Shown here one piece after another: positions 48,781-61,400 of a stretch of 64,000 bases of DNA. The notes under the pieces are model-generated. The model was not told where the DNA came from and made no database searches. It saw nothing but the letters and a program-made list of their open reading frames with translations. The number at the start of each line of letters is the position of its first letter. The first letter of the stretch is position 1. The translations under genes and the position numbers were made by a program. Source of the stretch: a candidate division Kazan bacterium (GTDB lineage Bacteria; Patescibacteriota; Kazan-3B-28); the NCBI GenBank assembly GCA_003647645.1, contig QMNG01000001.1, forward strand, positions 73,884 to 137,883. Reading direction: 5' to 3'.

Positions 48781-48910
48781 AGCTTTGTCTAATAAAACTT
48801 GCTAATCACTCATATAAGATCTGTTTCTTGTCCCATTAAGGGGGGAGACAAGAAACAAGCATGAATTGATTGGTAGGCTGATGGACTATTTGTCTGTTTG
48901 TCCGTCTATT

Positions 48911-49279
48911 CTACATCTTGACTTCAATACTGACACCGGCAGGCAGATTGAGATTGGTGAGAGCATCAATGGTTTTCGGCGTAGGATCGGAGATTTCTAT
49001 CAAACGCTTGTGAATCTTCATTTCAAACTGATCGCGGGAATCCTTATGGATAAAAGTGGATTTTAAAACTGTATAGAGCTTTTTTTCAGTAGGCAAAGGA
49101 ATTGGTCCACTGACTACTGCCCCGGTCCGTTCGGCTGTTTCAATGATCAAACGAGTGGACTTGTCCAAAATCCGATGATCATAGGCCTTGAGACGAATAC
49201 GAATACGCTGCTTGGCGTCTTTGCTCTTTGAGCTAGACACTGATTTAGAGCTAGTCTGTTGAGAAGGATTCGTAGGCAT
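48911..49279 (-). CDS. rpsJ: 30S ribosomal protein S10
   Basis: [21 protein letters not shown]. Confidence 0.97.
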   Translation of the reverse strand: MPTNPSQQTSSKSVSSSKSKDAKQRIRIRLKAYDHRILDKSTRLIIETAERTGAVVSGPIPLPTEKKLYTVLKSTFIHKDSRDQFEMKIHKRLIEISDPTPKTIDALTNLNLPAGVSIEVKM

Positions 49280-49365
49280 TTAATATTTAAGTGTTAAACA
49301 ACAATTACTGCCGATGCTTGACCCCCATTTGACGAGGAACCTGGGAAATCAACCCATTTATATAT

Positions 49366-50553
49366 TTATTTGATAATCTTGGTAACAACGCCTGCTCCGA
49401 CCGTCTTGCCACCTTCGCGGATGGCAAACCGAAGACCAGTTTCCATGGCAATCGGAGTAATCAACTTAACATTGATGTCAATTTTGTCGCCGGGCATAAC
49501 CATCTCCGTTCCTTCCGGCAGTTGAAGCTCGCCAGTTACATCAGTGGTACGGATGTAGAACTGCGGCTTATAGCCTTTAGTGAAGGGTGTGTGGCGGCCG
49601 CCTTCCTCTTTGCTAAGCACATAAACATCGGCACTGAAATCAGTATGGGGCGTAATGCTGCCCGGTTTAGCAATGACCTGGCCACGCTCAACATCGGTCT
49701 TTTCCACACCTCGCAAGAGCAATCCGACATTGTCGCCGGCCTGGCCCTGGTCAAGCAATTTTCTGAACATTTCAACACCAGTCACAACTGTTTTCCTGGT
49801 GGGTTTAATTCCGACTATTTCAACTTCTTCATTGACTTTGATAACACCCTGCTCAATCCTGCCAGTCGCCACCGTTCCGCGACCTTTAATTGAGAAGACA
49901 TCCTCAACCGGCATCAAAAAATCTTTGTCCATATCGCGGACAGGGTCGGGAATGTAAGCGTCGAGAGCGTCTAACAGTTCGAAGATGCACTTGGTAGCAG
50001 CCTCGTCTGTAGGATTTTCCAGAGCTTTCAGGGCTGAACCTTTAATTACTGGAACTTCATCGCCGGGGAATTCATATTTTTTTAATAGATCGCGAACTTC
50101 CTGCTCAACCAAATCAATCAGTTCAGGATCATCAACTTGATCAGTCTTATTAATGAAAACTATAATCCGGGGCACTCCAACCTGCCGAGCCAGTAAAATA
50201 TGCTCCCTGGTCTGAGGCATAGGGCCGTCAGTAGCGGCAACTACCAAAATGGCTGCATCCATCTGAGCCGCACCAGTGATCATATTCTTGATGTAGTCGG
50301 CATGTCCGGGACAGTCAACATGAGCATAGTGCCTCTTTTCGGTCTCATATTCCTGATGAGAGGTAGCAATAGTAATGCCGCGCTCCTTTTCCTCAGGGGC
50401 ATTGTCAATATCTTCAAATTTTCTGGCTTCAGCCTGTCCTTTAAGTGCTAGCACTTGAGTAATAGCCGCTGTCAGAGTCGTTTTTCCGTGATCAACATGG
50501 CCAATTGTACCAATATTGACATGGACTTTGTCTCGCTTAAAAGTTTCTGCCAT
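49366..50553 (-). CDS. tuf: Elongation factor Tu
   Basis: [28 protein letters not shown]. Confidence 0.99.
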   Translation of the reverse strand: MAETFKRDKVHVNIGTIGHVDHGKTTLTAAITQVLALKGQAEARKFEDIDNAPEEKERGITIATSHQEYETEKRHYAHVDCPGHADYIKNMITGAAQMDAAILVVAATDGPMPQTREHILLARQVGVPRIIVFINKTDQVDDPELIDLVEQEVRDLLKKYEFPGDEVPVIKGSALKALENPTDEAATKCIFELLDALDAYIPDPVRDMDKDFLMPVEDVFSIKGRGTVATGRIEQGVIKVNEEVEIVGIKPTRKTVVTGVEMFRKLLDQGQAGDNVGLLLRGVEKTDVERGQVIAKPGSITPHTDFSADVYVLSKEEGGRHTPFTKGYKPQFYIRTTDVTGELQLPEGTEMVMPGDKIDINVKLITPIAMETGLRFAIREGGKTVGAGVVTKIIK

Positions 50554-50709
50554 AATTTACTCCTTTAAATAGCTTAATAACTAGTAATAAAAATGTACAT
50601 TAAAAATGTACTATTAGAAAATAACCGATTTGCCTGATTTATGCAAGGGTTTTTCACAAAAAAAATCCCAGGCAGTACCCCGCCCGGGATAGTTGGGCTA
50701 ACGAGGCCG

Positions 50710-51099
50710 TCACTTCAGGCCCTCAAGGTACTCGGGATTGTACCGACCCGGCGTAAACCAGGCCATCAGGGTACCGCCCACTTTCACACAGCTCAAAAAG
50801 GCGTACCCCCAGAACATAAAAATATGGGCATGGTGCCAGAACCCACTCATCTGATAGTCCAGTCCGCCCCAGATAAGCCAGATGAGAAAACAGAGCCAAC
50901 CGATTAGGCCGCCGGCGATTACCTGCCAAAACTCGATTGCCTGGTATTGGGCATTCCGACCGATCAATGTAAAGATGGACCAAGGAGCAAAGAAGAGGAT
51001 AATAGCCCACACCCAATGAGGCCAATACCCGTTGTCGGCCAGCAGAATGCTACCAAAGCCAAGCACCATAAACATAATAGTCGCCAAATACCGCATCAA
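50710..51099 (-). CDS. Hypothetical membrane protein inserted between fusA and tuf
   Basis: About 4 TMs, Trp-rich; AAGGAGGTG SD. Confidence 0.7.
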   Translation of the reverse strand: MMRYLATIMFMVLGFGSILLADNGYWPHWVWAIILFFAPWSIFTLIGRNAQYQAIEFWQVIAGGLIGWLCFLIWLIWGGLDYQMSGFWHHAHIFMFWGYAFLSCVKVGGTLMAWFTPGRYNPEYLEGLK

Positions 51100-51212
51100 G
51101 GTTCACCTCCTTGTCAAGATAGCCCGATTATTCACTAAAATTCAGTTCTAGTCAAGAAAGACCCAACGGCTCACGAGAACCGTTAGTTATCTTCCAGTCT
51201 GAGTAAAGTTTT

Positions 51213-53300
51213 CTATTTGCTCCCAGAATGTTTGGCAATCAGCTCTTCTTGAATATTAGCCGGGACCTTTTCGTACCGGAAGAATTCCATTGTGTACGTA
51301 GCTCGGCCCTGACTCATCGATCGCAGAGTAGTCGCATAGCCAAACATTTCACCCAAGGGCACAAAGGCCTTGATAGCTTTGGCGTTACCCCTTTCTGTCA
51401 TGCCTTCAATCCGGCCGCGCTTGGAGCTTAAGTCCCCCATCACGTCACCGGCAAAGTCCTCCGGCGTGACCACTTCAATGCTCATTACCGGCTCCATAAT
51501 TACCGGGCCACCTTGTTTAACCCCGTCCTGCAGAGCCATACTACCGGCAATGGAGAAAGCCATCTCAGATGAATCTACATCGTGGTAGGTACCATCGTAT
51601 AGAATAGCTCTAATATCCACCACCGGATACCCGGCGATGACGCCCTTGGTCATCGCATTCTGAATACCTTTTTGTACAGCCGGAATATACTCTCTAGGTA
51701 TTGCTCCTCCGACAATCTTGTTAACAAACTCAAAATGGACATCCCCAGCGTCTGCTAATGGCTCGAACTTAACATAAACATGGCCGTATTGCCCGCGGCC
51801 GCCGGTCTGTCTGATATACTTGGCTTCGACATCGGCATTTTTAGTAATAGTTTCCTTATAAGCCACTTGCGGCTTTCCGACGTTGGCTTCAACCTTGAAC
51901 TCACGTTTCATCCGGTCAACCAGTACATTAAGATGCAACTCGCCCATTCCGGAAATAATGGTTTGGCCAATTTCTTTGTCACTTTTAACTTCAAAAGTGG
52001 GATCTTCTTCGGCTAACTTGCTTAAAGCCAGAGACATCTTTTCCTGATCGGCTTTGGATTTGGGTTCAACCGCAATAGAGATGACTGGATCGGGAAACTC
52101 AATCGATTCCAAAATTATGGGGTCTGATTCGTCACAAAGAGTATCGCCGGTTGTAACATTTTTCAAGCCAACAATTGCGCCGATCTCTCCCGCAAAAATT
52201 TCCTTTACATCTTCGCGGTGATTACTGTGCATTCTTAAGATTCGTCCAACCCGCTCTTTTTCCCCCTTGGTTGAGTTATAAACATAAGATCCAGCTTTCA
52301 GCGAACCGGCATAAACTCTGAAGAAAATGAGCTTATCCACAAATGGATCAGTTGCTACCTTAAAGGCCAGTGCCGAAAACGGTTCATTATCATCAGCCCG
52401 TCGGGTTATTTTTTCTCCCGTTTTGGGGGATATACCTTCAACCGGAGGAATATCCAGAGGACTGGGCAGATAATCGATGATCGCGTCCAGCAGCTGTTGG
52501 ACGCCTTTATTTTTTAGAGCTGACCCGCAAAATACCGGAACTACTTGGTTGGCAATAACAGCTGCCCGCAAAGCTTTTTTAAGTTCGTCAACGGTCAGAA
52601 CTTCATCGGTTAGGAACTTCTCCAGCAGATCTTCCTGCGTTTCAACTATTTTTTCCAGCAACTTGCGGCGCCACTTTTTAACCTCATCCCGATATTCGTC
52701 GGGCACCTCAGTTTCTTTGACTTCCTTGCCTAGCTCATCCTCAAAGTAGTAGGCTTTCTCCCCTAACAGATCAATGACTCCTTCAAAAGTTTCAGCGGCA
52801 CCGATAGGAAGTTGAGCCGGAACAGCATTAGCGCCTAATCTATCAATAATCGAGTCAAAGCTCGCAAAAAAATCCGCGCCCATTCTGTCCATTTTGTTAA
52901 TAAAACAGATCCTGGGAACATGGTATTTTTCGGCCTGCCGCCAGACTGTTTCGCTCTGGGGCTCAACCCCAGCCACTCCGTCAAACACGACTACGCCACC
53001 ATCTAACACCCTTAGTGAACGCTCCACTTCAACCGTGAAGTCAACATGCCCCGGAGTGTCAATGATGTTAATGCGAGTATCTTTCCAAAAGCAGGTAGTA
53101 GCAGCAGAGGTAATTGTAATCCCCCGCTCCTGTTCTTGTTCCATCCAGTCCATAACAGCCTCGCCCTCGTGTACTTCACCAATTTTGTAAGTTTTACCGG
53201 TATAAAAAAGAATACGCTCGGTAACAGTAGTTTTGCCGGCGTCGATATGCGCAATAATTCCGATGTTGCGGGTTTTTTCCAGCGTATATTCTCTGGCCAT
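51213..53300 (-). CDS. fusA: Elongation factor G
   Basis: [31 protein letters not shown]. Confidence 0.99.
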   Translation of the reverse strand: MAREYTLEKTRNIGIIAHIDAGKTTVTERILFYTGKTYKIGEVHEGEAVMDWMEQEQERGITITSAATTCFWKDTRINIIDTPGHVDFTVEVERSLRVLDGGVVVFDGVAGVEPQSETVWRQAEKYHVPRICFINKMDRMGADFFASFDSIIDRLGANAVPAQLPIGAAETFEGVIDLLGEKAYYFEDELGKEVKETEVPDEYRDEVKKWRRKLLEKIVETQEDLLEKFLTDEVLTVDELKKALRAAVIANQVVPVFCGSALKNKGVQQLLDAIIDYLPSPLDIPPVEGISPKTGEKITRRADDNEPFSALAFKVATDPFVDKLIFFRVYAGSLKAGSYVYNSTKGEKERVGRILRMHSNHREDVKEIFAGEIGAIVGLKNVTTGDTLCDESDPIILESIEFPDPVISIAVEPKSKADQEKMSLALSKLAEEDPTFEVKSDKEIGQTIISGMGELHLNVLVDRMKREFKVEANVGKPQVAYKETITKNADVEAKYIRQTGGRGQYGHVYVKFEPLADAGDVHFEFVNKIVGGAIPREYIPAVQKGIQNAMTKGVIAGYPVVDIRAILYDGTYHDVDSSEMAFSIAGSMALQDGVKQGGPVIMEPVMSIEVVTPEDFAGDVMGDLSSKRGRIEGMTERGNAKAIKAFVPLGEMFGYATTLRSMSQGRATYTMEFFRYEKVPANIQEELIAKHSGSK

Positions 53301-53371
53301 AAATAAGATTAATGATTTTATAGACTGATAGCTCTCCCCTGCTCACCCGTACACTTAAGTGGCTTACTACT

Positions 53372-53845
53372 CTAGAAGCGAGCGTAGTGAGCAAAAGCCT
53401 GATTGGCTTCCGCCATTCGATGCGTTTCCTCACGCTTCTTGACTGCACCTCCGGTGCCATTGACAGCATCAACCAATTCATCGGCTAACCTCATGACCAT
53501 GGGTTTGCCTTTGCGTGCTCTGGCAGCAGCTACTATCCATTGAAGAGCCAGTACATTTTTTCTGTCGCCCTTAACTTCGGTGGGGATCTGAAGGTTGGCG
53601 CCGCCAATTCTGCGGGACTTCAGCTGAACCGCGGGATAAATATTGTTGAAAGCGTCTTCAAACACCTGAATAGGATCCTTATTTGTCCTTTTGGCGGCTT
53701 CTTGCAGAGCATCATAAACAATTTTTTCAGCTACTGATTTTTTGCCGTTTAGCATCACTTTACGAATTAGCCGACCAATCATAACATGACCGTACTTACG
53801 GTCTGGTTCACGTTCATTCTTAATATTGAGTTTCCTCCTGCTCAT
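53372..53845 (-). CDS. rpsG: 30S ribosomal protein S7
   Basis: GKKSVAE, SRRIGGA, HRMAEAN. Confidence 0.97.
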   Translation of the reverse strand: MSRRKLNIKNEREPDRKYGHVMIGRLIRKVMLNGKKSVAEKIVYDALQEAAKRTNKDPIQVFEDAFNNIYPAVQLKSRRIGGANLQIPTEVKGDRKNVLALQWIVAAARARKGKPMVMRLADELVDAVNGTGGAVKKREETHRMAEANQAFAHYARF

Positions 53846-53885
53846 CGATTCGTTAACTTAATAGACTTATCTCTGCTGGGGTTAG

Positions 53886-54380
53886 CTATGTTTCTTCGGT
53901 TGGAGCTTCAGCCGCAGGGGCAGTAGCTCCACTGCCGGCAACCGTGGCCGCAGTTATTGTGGTAGCCCCGCTTTTTTTGGTGCCATATTTGCTTCGTCCG
54001 CGTTTACGGCCACTAACTCCAGCCGTATCTAATCTGCCACGAACCACATGGTAGCGAACACCCGGCAAGTCCTTTATACGTCCACCCCGAATCATAACTA
54101 TGGAATGCTCTTGTAAATTATGCCCAATGCCGGGGATATAGGCTGTTACCTCCATTCGGTTAGTCAATCGAACTCTGGCGATCTTACGAAGAGCTGAGTT
54201 GGGCTTCTTGGGCGTAGTGGTAGTAACCTTAACGCAGACTCCCCGCTTAAAAGGAGAGCCTTTCTTCTCAACAACAGAACGCATCTTCAGAGTGTTAAAG
54301 CGCTTCTGCATTGCCGGCGACTTACTTTTCGCCTTCGAAACTTTACGTCCTTTTCTAATTAGTTGGTTAATAGTTGGCAT
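53886..54380 (-). CDS. rpsL: 30S ribosomal protein S12
   Basis: [25 protein letters not shown]; A/T/E-rich tail. Confidence 0.98.
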   Translation of the reverse strand: MPTINQLIRKGRKVSKAKSKSPAMQKRFNTLKMRSVVEKKGSPFKRGVCVKVTTTTPKKPNSALRKIARVRLTNRMEVTAYIPGIGHNLQEHSIVMIRGGRIKDLPGVRYHVVRGRLDTAGVSGRKRGRSKYGTKKSGATTITAATVAGSGATAPAAEAPTEET

Positions 54381-54550
54381 ATTTTAATTCTAACGGAATC
54401 TTTACAAGCTGGTGCTGACTAATTATATAACGATTACTTATATCCATCTACGCTGACCGGACCTGCCAATCAGCAGGCGGCCATATCAACGCCGCCAGGA
54501 TAACCAATTTAAAAATTATCCAAAAAGGTATGATAGGATTCTACCTAAAA

Positions 54551-57500
54551 TTACCGAGTAGTGTCAAGCTTATGTATCTGGCGGGTGGCAAACCCTGTAC
54601 CGGCTGGTATCAGGCGGCCAACAATCACATTCTCCTTTAGACCACGCAGAAAATCGACTTTACCTGAAACTGCGGCATCTACTAATACCCGGGTAGTTTC
54701 CTGGAAAGAAGCTGCCGAGAGAAAACTTTCAGTATTGAGAGCTGCTTTGGAGATGCCTAGCAACAACTGAGTGGCACTCGGCGGCCGTTTATGGTTTTTA
54801 ACCAATTCAGCGGCTGCTTTCTCTAGCCTTAGTCTGTCGACCATTTCACCGGCCACCCACGGACTGTCTCCTTCCTTATCTATTCTGTATTTGGAGAACA
54901 TCTGACGAACAACTGCTTCAATATGCTTATCGTTAATGTTTTGTCCCTGCATAGCATAGATATTTTGAACCTCGCTGGTGACGTAAGCCTGAGTGGCCTC
55001 GGCGCCTTTCAATACCATCAACTCATGGGGATCGAGCTGACCTTCTGTAATTTGCTGGCCTTTTTTGATCTTATCGCCGTCTTTTACCCTTAAAAATGTC
55101 CGCTTCGTGATCGGGTACTCATAAACTTCGCTTTTAACACAATGCAGGACGAGATCATTATTTTGTATTTCAATAACTCCGGAGGCTGGAGCTTTATACT
55201 CAGTCTTATCTTTGTCGTCTGCCACAAAAATGACATCGCCCTTTTTAACCTTGTCATTGTGCTTAACTTTGATTTTAGCGCCAACATCAAAACTTATCGC
55301 AATCCTGCTGTCTTCCTTAACTTCGAGCCGAATAAACTTTTTGTTGCCGACTTCCATAATATGAACTGTGCCGTTTCCGGGAGAGACAATGGCCGGAGTT
55401 TTTGGCCGCCTAGCCTCAAACAATTCCTCAACCCGAGGCAGACCCTGTGTAATATCGGTAGTTGACGCTACTCCTCCAGTATGGAAAGTCCTCATCGTTA
55501 GCTGAGTTCCGGGTTCGCCGATGCTCTGGGCAGCTACGATTCCAACGGCTTCACCAAGTTTGACCAATTGGCCGGTAGCCAAATCTTGCCCGTAACATTT
55601 TTGGCAAATGCCCCAAGGGGCCTTGCAAGTGATCATCGAACGGACCTTAACTCTAGTCAGCCCTGCTTTTTCGATTTTGTGGGCCAGATCCTCTGTAATA
55701 TACTCCCCGGCCTTAACCAGCACCTTCCCGCTTGGGCTTTTAACATCCACGGCGGCAAATCTGCCTTCAATGCGTTTGGACAACGGATCGCTCAGTAAGT
55801 TGTCCGGGTCGTGCTCTATAAAAATGCCCAACTCAGTTTTGCAATCTTCTTCTGCCACCACAATATCCTGACAGACATCAACAAGCCGACGAGTTAAATA
55901 GCCGGCATCGGAGGTTCTTAAGGCAGTATCTGACAGACCTTTGCGAGCGCCGTGAGTAGACAAGAAATATTCTAATGAACTCAGACCCTCCTTGTAATTA
56001 GATTTTACTGGCAGTTCCAGCTTCACTCCGGTAGCGTTAACTTTGGTGCCAACAATACCGACCATTTGGTTGAACTGCTCCAAACTACCCCTCGCTTTAG
56101 AAGCAACCATCATTGTCACCGGATTAAAAATGTCCTGCATCGACTCGCTGCAAATCAACTGTTCAATTTCCTGTTTGGTCTTCTCCCATAAATCAGTAAC
56201 TAGTCGACGGCGTTCATCAGCGGTGATAAGGCCCTCTTTAAACTGAGCTTTAATATCATCCACTTTCTTATCAGTGGCCTTGATCAGGTTGTTCTTGGCC
56301 TGTGGTGCCTGCAGATCCCCTGCACCGAAGGTTGCTCCCGAAATAGTGGCATAATGAAAGCCAATGTCTTTAATGCCGTTCACCAATTTGACCGTTTTTT
56401 CACGGCCAAGCAGCCGGTAGCTGGCATTAATGATTTCCTTAAGCGTTTTTTTATCAGCTGCTTTGTTAACAAATCCCAGTTCTTCGGGCACGACCTCGTT
56501 AAACAGCAATCGACCGAATGTGGTCCTGATGATTTCACCATTAATCGAAATATGAATAGGCTCATGCAATTCTAATTTGCCCAAAGAATAAGCCAAAGCG
56601 GCCTCATTGTGGTCAACAAAATAGCGCTTTTTGTCACCTTCCGTAGACTCTTTTAAGAGTGTCAGAAAATAACAGCCTAATACCATATCGTTATTAGGGA
56701 TGACAATTGGCTCGCCGGTCGAAGGTTTCAACAAATTGTTCGTTGAAAGCATAATTTCTTTGGCTTCCCGCTGGGCAAACTCAGACAGAGGCAGATGCAC
56801 AGCCATTTGATCCCCATCAAAGTCGGCATTGAAAGCAGCACAACTTAGGGGCTGCAACTGAATGGCGTTGCCCTCAACCAGCACAGGACGAAAGGCCTGA
56901 ATGCCGAGCCGATGCAATGTTGGCGCCCGGTTCAAAAGCACATAGTACTTATTGATGACGTGCTCCAAAGCATCCCATACCTCGTCAACTTCTTTTTCCA
57001 CCATTTTGCCGGCGGTTTTTACATTGTGAACCAAACCATCGGCTAAAAGCTTGGCAATGACAAACGGTTTGAACAGCTCCAAGGCAATAGGCTTGGGAAT
57101 TCCGCACTCGTCCAGCTTGAGTGTAGGACCGACGACAATTACAGAACGGCCGGAATAATCTACCCGTTTGCCGAGTAGATTCTGACGGAAGCGGCCTTGT
57201 TTTCCCTTAAGCAGATCACTCAATGATTTAAGCTGGCGCTTAACATTGGTTGTTGCAGAAGTTTCACGTGCGGTAATATCAAACAGAGCATCCACAGCTT
57301 CCTGCAGCATTCTTTTTTCATTTCTGGTAATTACTTCCGGTGCACCGATGTTAATCAATTTTTTAAGGCGATTATTCCTATTAATAACTCGACGATACAA
57401 ATCGTTCAGGTCACTGGTAGCAAACCGGCCACCATCCAGCTGGACCATCGGACGTAAGTCGGGGGGGATAACCGGTAATACAGTAATCAACATCCATGAC

Positions 57501-58348
57501 GGATGAAGCTTGGCTCTAATAAATCCCTCAATCAATCTAAGGCGCTTTTGTAAACGCTTGTATTTTTGGCCTGTAGCCTTTTTGAGCAGGGTCCGAATTT
57601 TTTTATCTTCTTCGTCCAGATCAATGTCCTTGATCATCTGGTAAATAGCTTCTGCCCCGATACCGGCTTTAAACACCTGTCCATACTTAAGCGACAGGTC
57701 TCTGTATTCATGCTCTGAAATAATTTTTTTGACCTTTAAATCTTTAACCTCCGAGGTGGCAGTTTGATAGGCGGCCTTTAGCTTGATGAGCTTTTCCTCC
57801 AATTCAGCAGCGCTAATGGTCTTCTTCTGCTTATACTCATTTTTAATATTTTTAACATGGCTCTTGTACTCCTGCTCCAACTGCCGCAATGCCTCAGCTC
57901 TCATATTTTCATCCACTGAGTTGACAATGTAGGCGGCAAAGTAAATTACAGATTCTAATTTTCTGGCGGGAACATCAAGCACCAATCCCAGCCGCGACGG
58001 GGTACCCCGCAGGTACCAAATATGGCTGACTGGCGTGGAAAGTTGGATATGTCCCATACGTTCACGTCGAACCAATGAGCGAGTAACCTCAACTCCGCAC
58101 TTGTCACAAACGATACCCTTATAGCGGATTTTTTTGTATTTTCCACAATAGCACTCCCAATCCTTGGTCGGACCGAATATTCTTTCGTCAAATAAACCTT
58201 CTTTCTCCGGGCGCAGAGTCCGATAGTTGATGGTTTCTGGTTTAGTAACTTCCCCGTGAGACCAGCTTAAAATCTGCTCCGGCGAAGCTAGACCGATTCT
58301 CACGGCCAAAAAATCATTTTGGGCTTCTGAAGTTTTAGCTTTTAGCAT
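54551..58348 (-). CDS. rpoC: RNA polymerase beta' subunit
   Basis: NADFDGDQMAVH, QLTMRTFH, SAASFQET. Confidence 0.99.
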   Translation of the reverse strand: MLKAKTSEAQNDFLAVRIGLASPEQILSWSHGEVTKPETINYRTLRPEKEGLFDERIFGPTKDWECYCGKYKKIRYKGIVCDKCGVEVTRSLVRRERMGHIQLSTPVSHIWYLRGTPSRLGLVLDVPARKLESVIYFAAYIVNSVDENMRAEALRQLEQEYKSHVKNIKNEYKQKKTISAAELEEKLIKLKAAYQTATSEVKDLKVKKIISEHEYRDLSLKYGQVFKAGIGAEAIYQMIKDIDLDEEDKKIRTLLKKATGQKYKRLQKRLRLIEGFIRAKLHPSWMLITVLPVIPPDLRPMVQLDGGRFATSDLNDLYRRVINRNNRLKKLINIGAPEVITRNEKRMLQEAVDALFDITARETSATTNVKRQLKSLSDLLKGKQGRFRQNLLGKRVDYSGRSVIVVGPTLKLDECGIPKPIALELFKPFVIAKLLADGLVHNVKTAGKMVEKEVDEVWDALEHVINKYYVLLNRAPTLHRLGIQAFRPVLVEGNAIQLQPLSCAAFNADFDGDQMAVHLPLSEFAQREAKEIMLSTNNLLKPSTGEPIVIPNNDMVLGCYFLTLLKESTEGDKKRYFVDHNEAALAYSLGKLELHEPIHISINGEIIRTTFGRLLFNEVVPEELGFVNKAADKKTLKEIINASYRLLGREKTVKLVNGIKDIGFHYATISGATFGAGDLQAPQAKNNLIKATDKKVDDIKAQFKEGLITADERRRLVTDLWEKTKQEIEQLICSESMQDIFNPVTMMVASKARGSLEQFNQMVGIVGTKVNATGVKLELPVKSNYKEGLSSLEYFLSTHGARKGLSDTALRTSDAGYLTRRLVDVCQDIVVAEEDCKTELGIFIEHDPDNLLSDPLSKRIEGRFAAVDVKSPSGKVLVKAGEYITEDLAHKIEKAGLTRVKVRSMITCKAPWGICQKCYGQDLATGQLVKLGEAVGIVAAQSIGEPGTQLTMRTFHTGGVASTTDITQGLPRVEELFEARRPKTPAIVSPGNGTVHIMEVGNKKFIRLEVKEDSRIAISFDVGAKIKVKHNDKVKKGDVIFVADDKDKTEYKAPASGVIEIQNNDLVLHCVKSEVYEYPITKRTFLRVKDGDKIKKGQQITEGQLDPHELMVLKGAEATQAYVTSEVQNIYAMQGQNINDKHIEAVVRQMFSKYRIDKEGDSPWVAGEMVDRLRLEKAAAELVKNHKRPPSATQLLLGISKAALNTESFLSAASFQETTRVLVDAAVSGKVDFLRGLKENVIVGRLIPAGTGFATRQIHKLDTTR

Positions 58349-58406
58349 TCTAACTGGGAAATTATCAATATAGTCTTATTAATTATTTTAAATTTTTAAT
58401 TCTCGT

Positions 58407-61400
58407 TCACTTCCGCGCTCTATTTTTGTCGCGCCTATCGCGTACTGGCTTGGCGCTTTCACCGATTGGCCGCTTGAGAATTTCAGGATCAGTTATCACT
58501 TCGACATTGAGACCGAGACCTTGCAGTTCTTTGGTAATCACATTGAAGGCCTCGGGTGTCTGCGGTTTTTGGATGGGTTCACCTTTAACGATGGACTCAT
58601 ACGTCCGGGAACGACCCTGGACGTCGTCTGATTTAATTGTCAGCATCTCTTCTAGGGTATGAGCTGCTCCATAGCCTTCCAGCGCCCAAACCTCCATTTC
58701 ACCGAACCTCTGACCGCCGAGTTGGGCCTTGCCTCCTAGCGGCTGCTGGGTTACCAGCGCATATGGACCGATTGAACGGGCATGAATTTTATCGTCTACC
58801 ATATGGCCCAACTTCAAAATATAGGCGACACCCACCGTTGTATCTTGGCAGAACTGCTCACCAGTCCGGCCATCAAAGAGCTTGGTTTTACCGCTCTCGG
58901 GCAGATTAGCCCTTTTCAACTCTTCGATGATACCCGGCATATTGACGCTCTCAAATACCGGATTGATGGTATTGATTTTCATCTGACCAGCGGCCCACCC
59001 CAAGTGAGTCTCTAAGATCTGACCCAAATTCATTCTGGAGATAACGCCCAGAGAGTTAAGAATAATATCTACCGGAGTACCGTCCTCCAAAAATGGCATA
59101 TCAGCCTGGGGAACTATTTTGGAAATAACCCCTTTATTACCGTGGCGACCGGAAAGTTTATCACCAACAGATATTTTGCGCATCTGAGCTACATATATAT
59201 AGATTCTTTTTAGAACACCCACTTCCAATTTATCGCCTTTGTCAGCGTCAAATATTTTAATGCCAATAACTTTGCCATAGCCGCCGTGAGGTAAACGCAG
59301 CGAGGTGTCTTTGACGTCTTTGATCTTTTCTCCAAAAATAGCCCGGAGCAGCCGCTCTTCGCTGGTTAGCTCAGTTTCGCCCTTGGGAGTAATTTTGCCG
59401 ACTAAAATATCGTTAGATTTAACCTTAGCACCGATTCGAATAATTCCATCCTCATCAAGATCGGCTACAGCATCTTCACCAACATTGGGAATGTCACGGG
59501 TAGTAATTTCAGGACCTAACTTAGTGTCACGAACATCTATCTCAGAACGTTTAATATGAATCGAACTGAAAACATCGTCTTTGACCAAACGGTCAGAAAT
59601 AACTATGGCATCCTCGTAAGTGGCTCCACTCCAAGATAAATAAGCCACTAACACATTGCGACCTAAGGCCAGCCGGCCATTTTTAATAGAGGGTCCGTCG
59701 CACAATGGATCGCCCTTGCTGACGCGATCCCCGATGCTGACGATTGGAGTTTGAGTTAAATTTGTCTCAGCATTAGATCTGGAAAACTTAACCAGATCAT
59801 AAGTAATAGTTTTGCGTTTGCCAGCCGGTAAAAACTCTATTTTGGTCCCGTCTACATATTTAATTGTTCCATCGCTTGGCGCTGTAATCACCCAACCAGA
59901 ACCGATGGCGGCATCCCGTTCCATACCGGTGCCAACTATCGGAACTTGGGGATTAACCAACGGAACTGCCTGGCGCTGCATGTTGGAGCCCATTAAAGCC
60001 CGCTTGGGGTCATCGTGTTCCACGAATGGAATCAATGAAGTAGTCACACTGACAATTTGTTTTGGCGAAACATCGGCGTAATCAACCCTGCCCACAACCG
60101 CCGTACCGGGGTCGCCCGCCCGCCTAGCGTTGACATAGCGAACCGCAATTTGCCCAATCTCATCAGTGGGAATATTGGAAACAGCAATTGTCAGGTTCTC
60201 TTCGGTATGAGCATCAAGATACTCCACTTTGTTGGTAATAAAAGCTTTAACTGGAATTTTGTCCAAGCCCTGAATAGAAACAAACTTCTTGGCAAGTTTT
60301 TCATCAATTTTAACACCAGCTCCGGCGACAATGTTTTTGGTTTTGGGATCAACAATATTGCTGAACAGAGTACGGTTGATCGCTGATTTCCCGTCATTGG
60401 GAACAGATGATAAAACTCGACGATAAGGTGACTCAATGAATCCGTAATCATTAATTTTGGCATAGCTGGCCAAATGTCCCACTAGACCAATGTTTTGCCC
60501 CTCGGGTGTTTGAATCGGACAGATACGGCCGTAATGGCTGGTGTGCACATCCCGAACATCAAATCCAGCCCGTTCACGACTCAGCCCCCCGGGACCCATA
60601 GCGCTTACCCTCCGCTTGTGCTCCAGCTCAGCCAGCGGATTGGTCTGGTCCATAAATTGAGAAAGCTGAGAACTGCCGAAAAATTCCTGCATAATCGCGC
60701 TGATTGGGCGGGCATTAATTAACTGGGCAGGGGTTAGTGTACCTATTTCTGAAACACTCATCCTGTCTTTGACGATGCGCTCAACCCGAAGCAGACCAGT
60801 TCTAAACTTATTTTGAATTAGTTCCCCGACAGCGCGGACACGGCGATTCTTTAAATGGTCAACATCATCTTCGGCCCCCCCGACGTTATTTAGGCGAATG
60901 ATCTCTTTGGTAATGGCTTTTAAATCATCCAAAGTCAGCACTCTGTGATCACGGTCGTTTTTAGTATCGAGATTCAGCCGGCGATTGATCTTGTACCGCC
61001 CGACTGCTCCGAGATCATACCTCCGGAAGTTTTGGAAGGTGTTAACAAACAAATTTCTGGCGTTGTCGACATTAGCCAAATCGCCAGGTCGAATTTTTTT
61101 ATAAATTTCAAGCAGAGCCTGGTCAGTGGATTTGGCTGGATCCTTCTCAATGGTGGCTTTAATAAAACTCAGCTTGGGATCATTGTCTACGTCGGCAAAC
61201 ATCTCGATCAGTTCCGAATCGTTGCTTACGCCAAAAGCCCTCAACAATGTGGTGATATAGGTTTTGCGTTTTCTATCTATCTTAACGGAGATAACCCCCT
61301 TATTGTTGGTCTCTAACTCCAACCACACTCCGCGCTCCGGAATAATTTTGACTCCATATTGGCCATGGGAGAGTCCTTCTTCGCGCGTAAAAAGTACACC

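Noticed and set aside
48822-48857. 11-bp-stem hairpin between rpsJ and rplC as a novel element
   Set aside because: Single hairpin with no second copy in the window; adequately explained as an ordinary mRNA structure.
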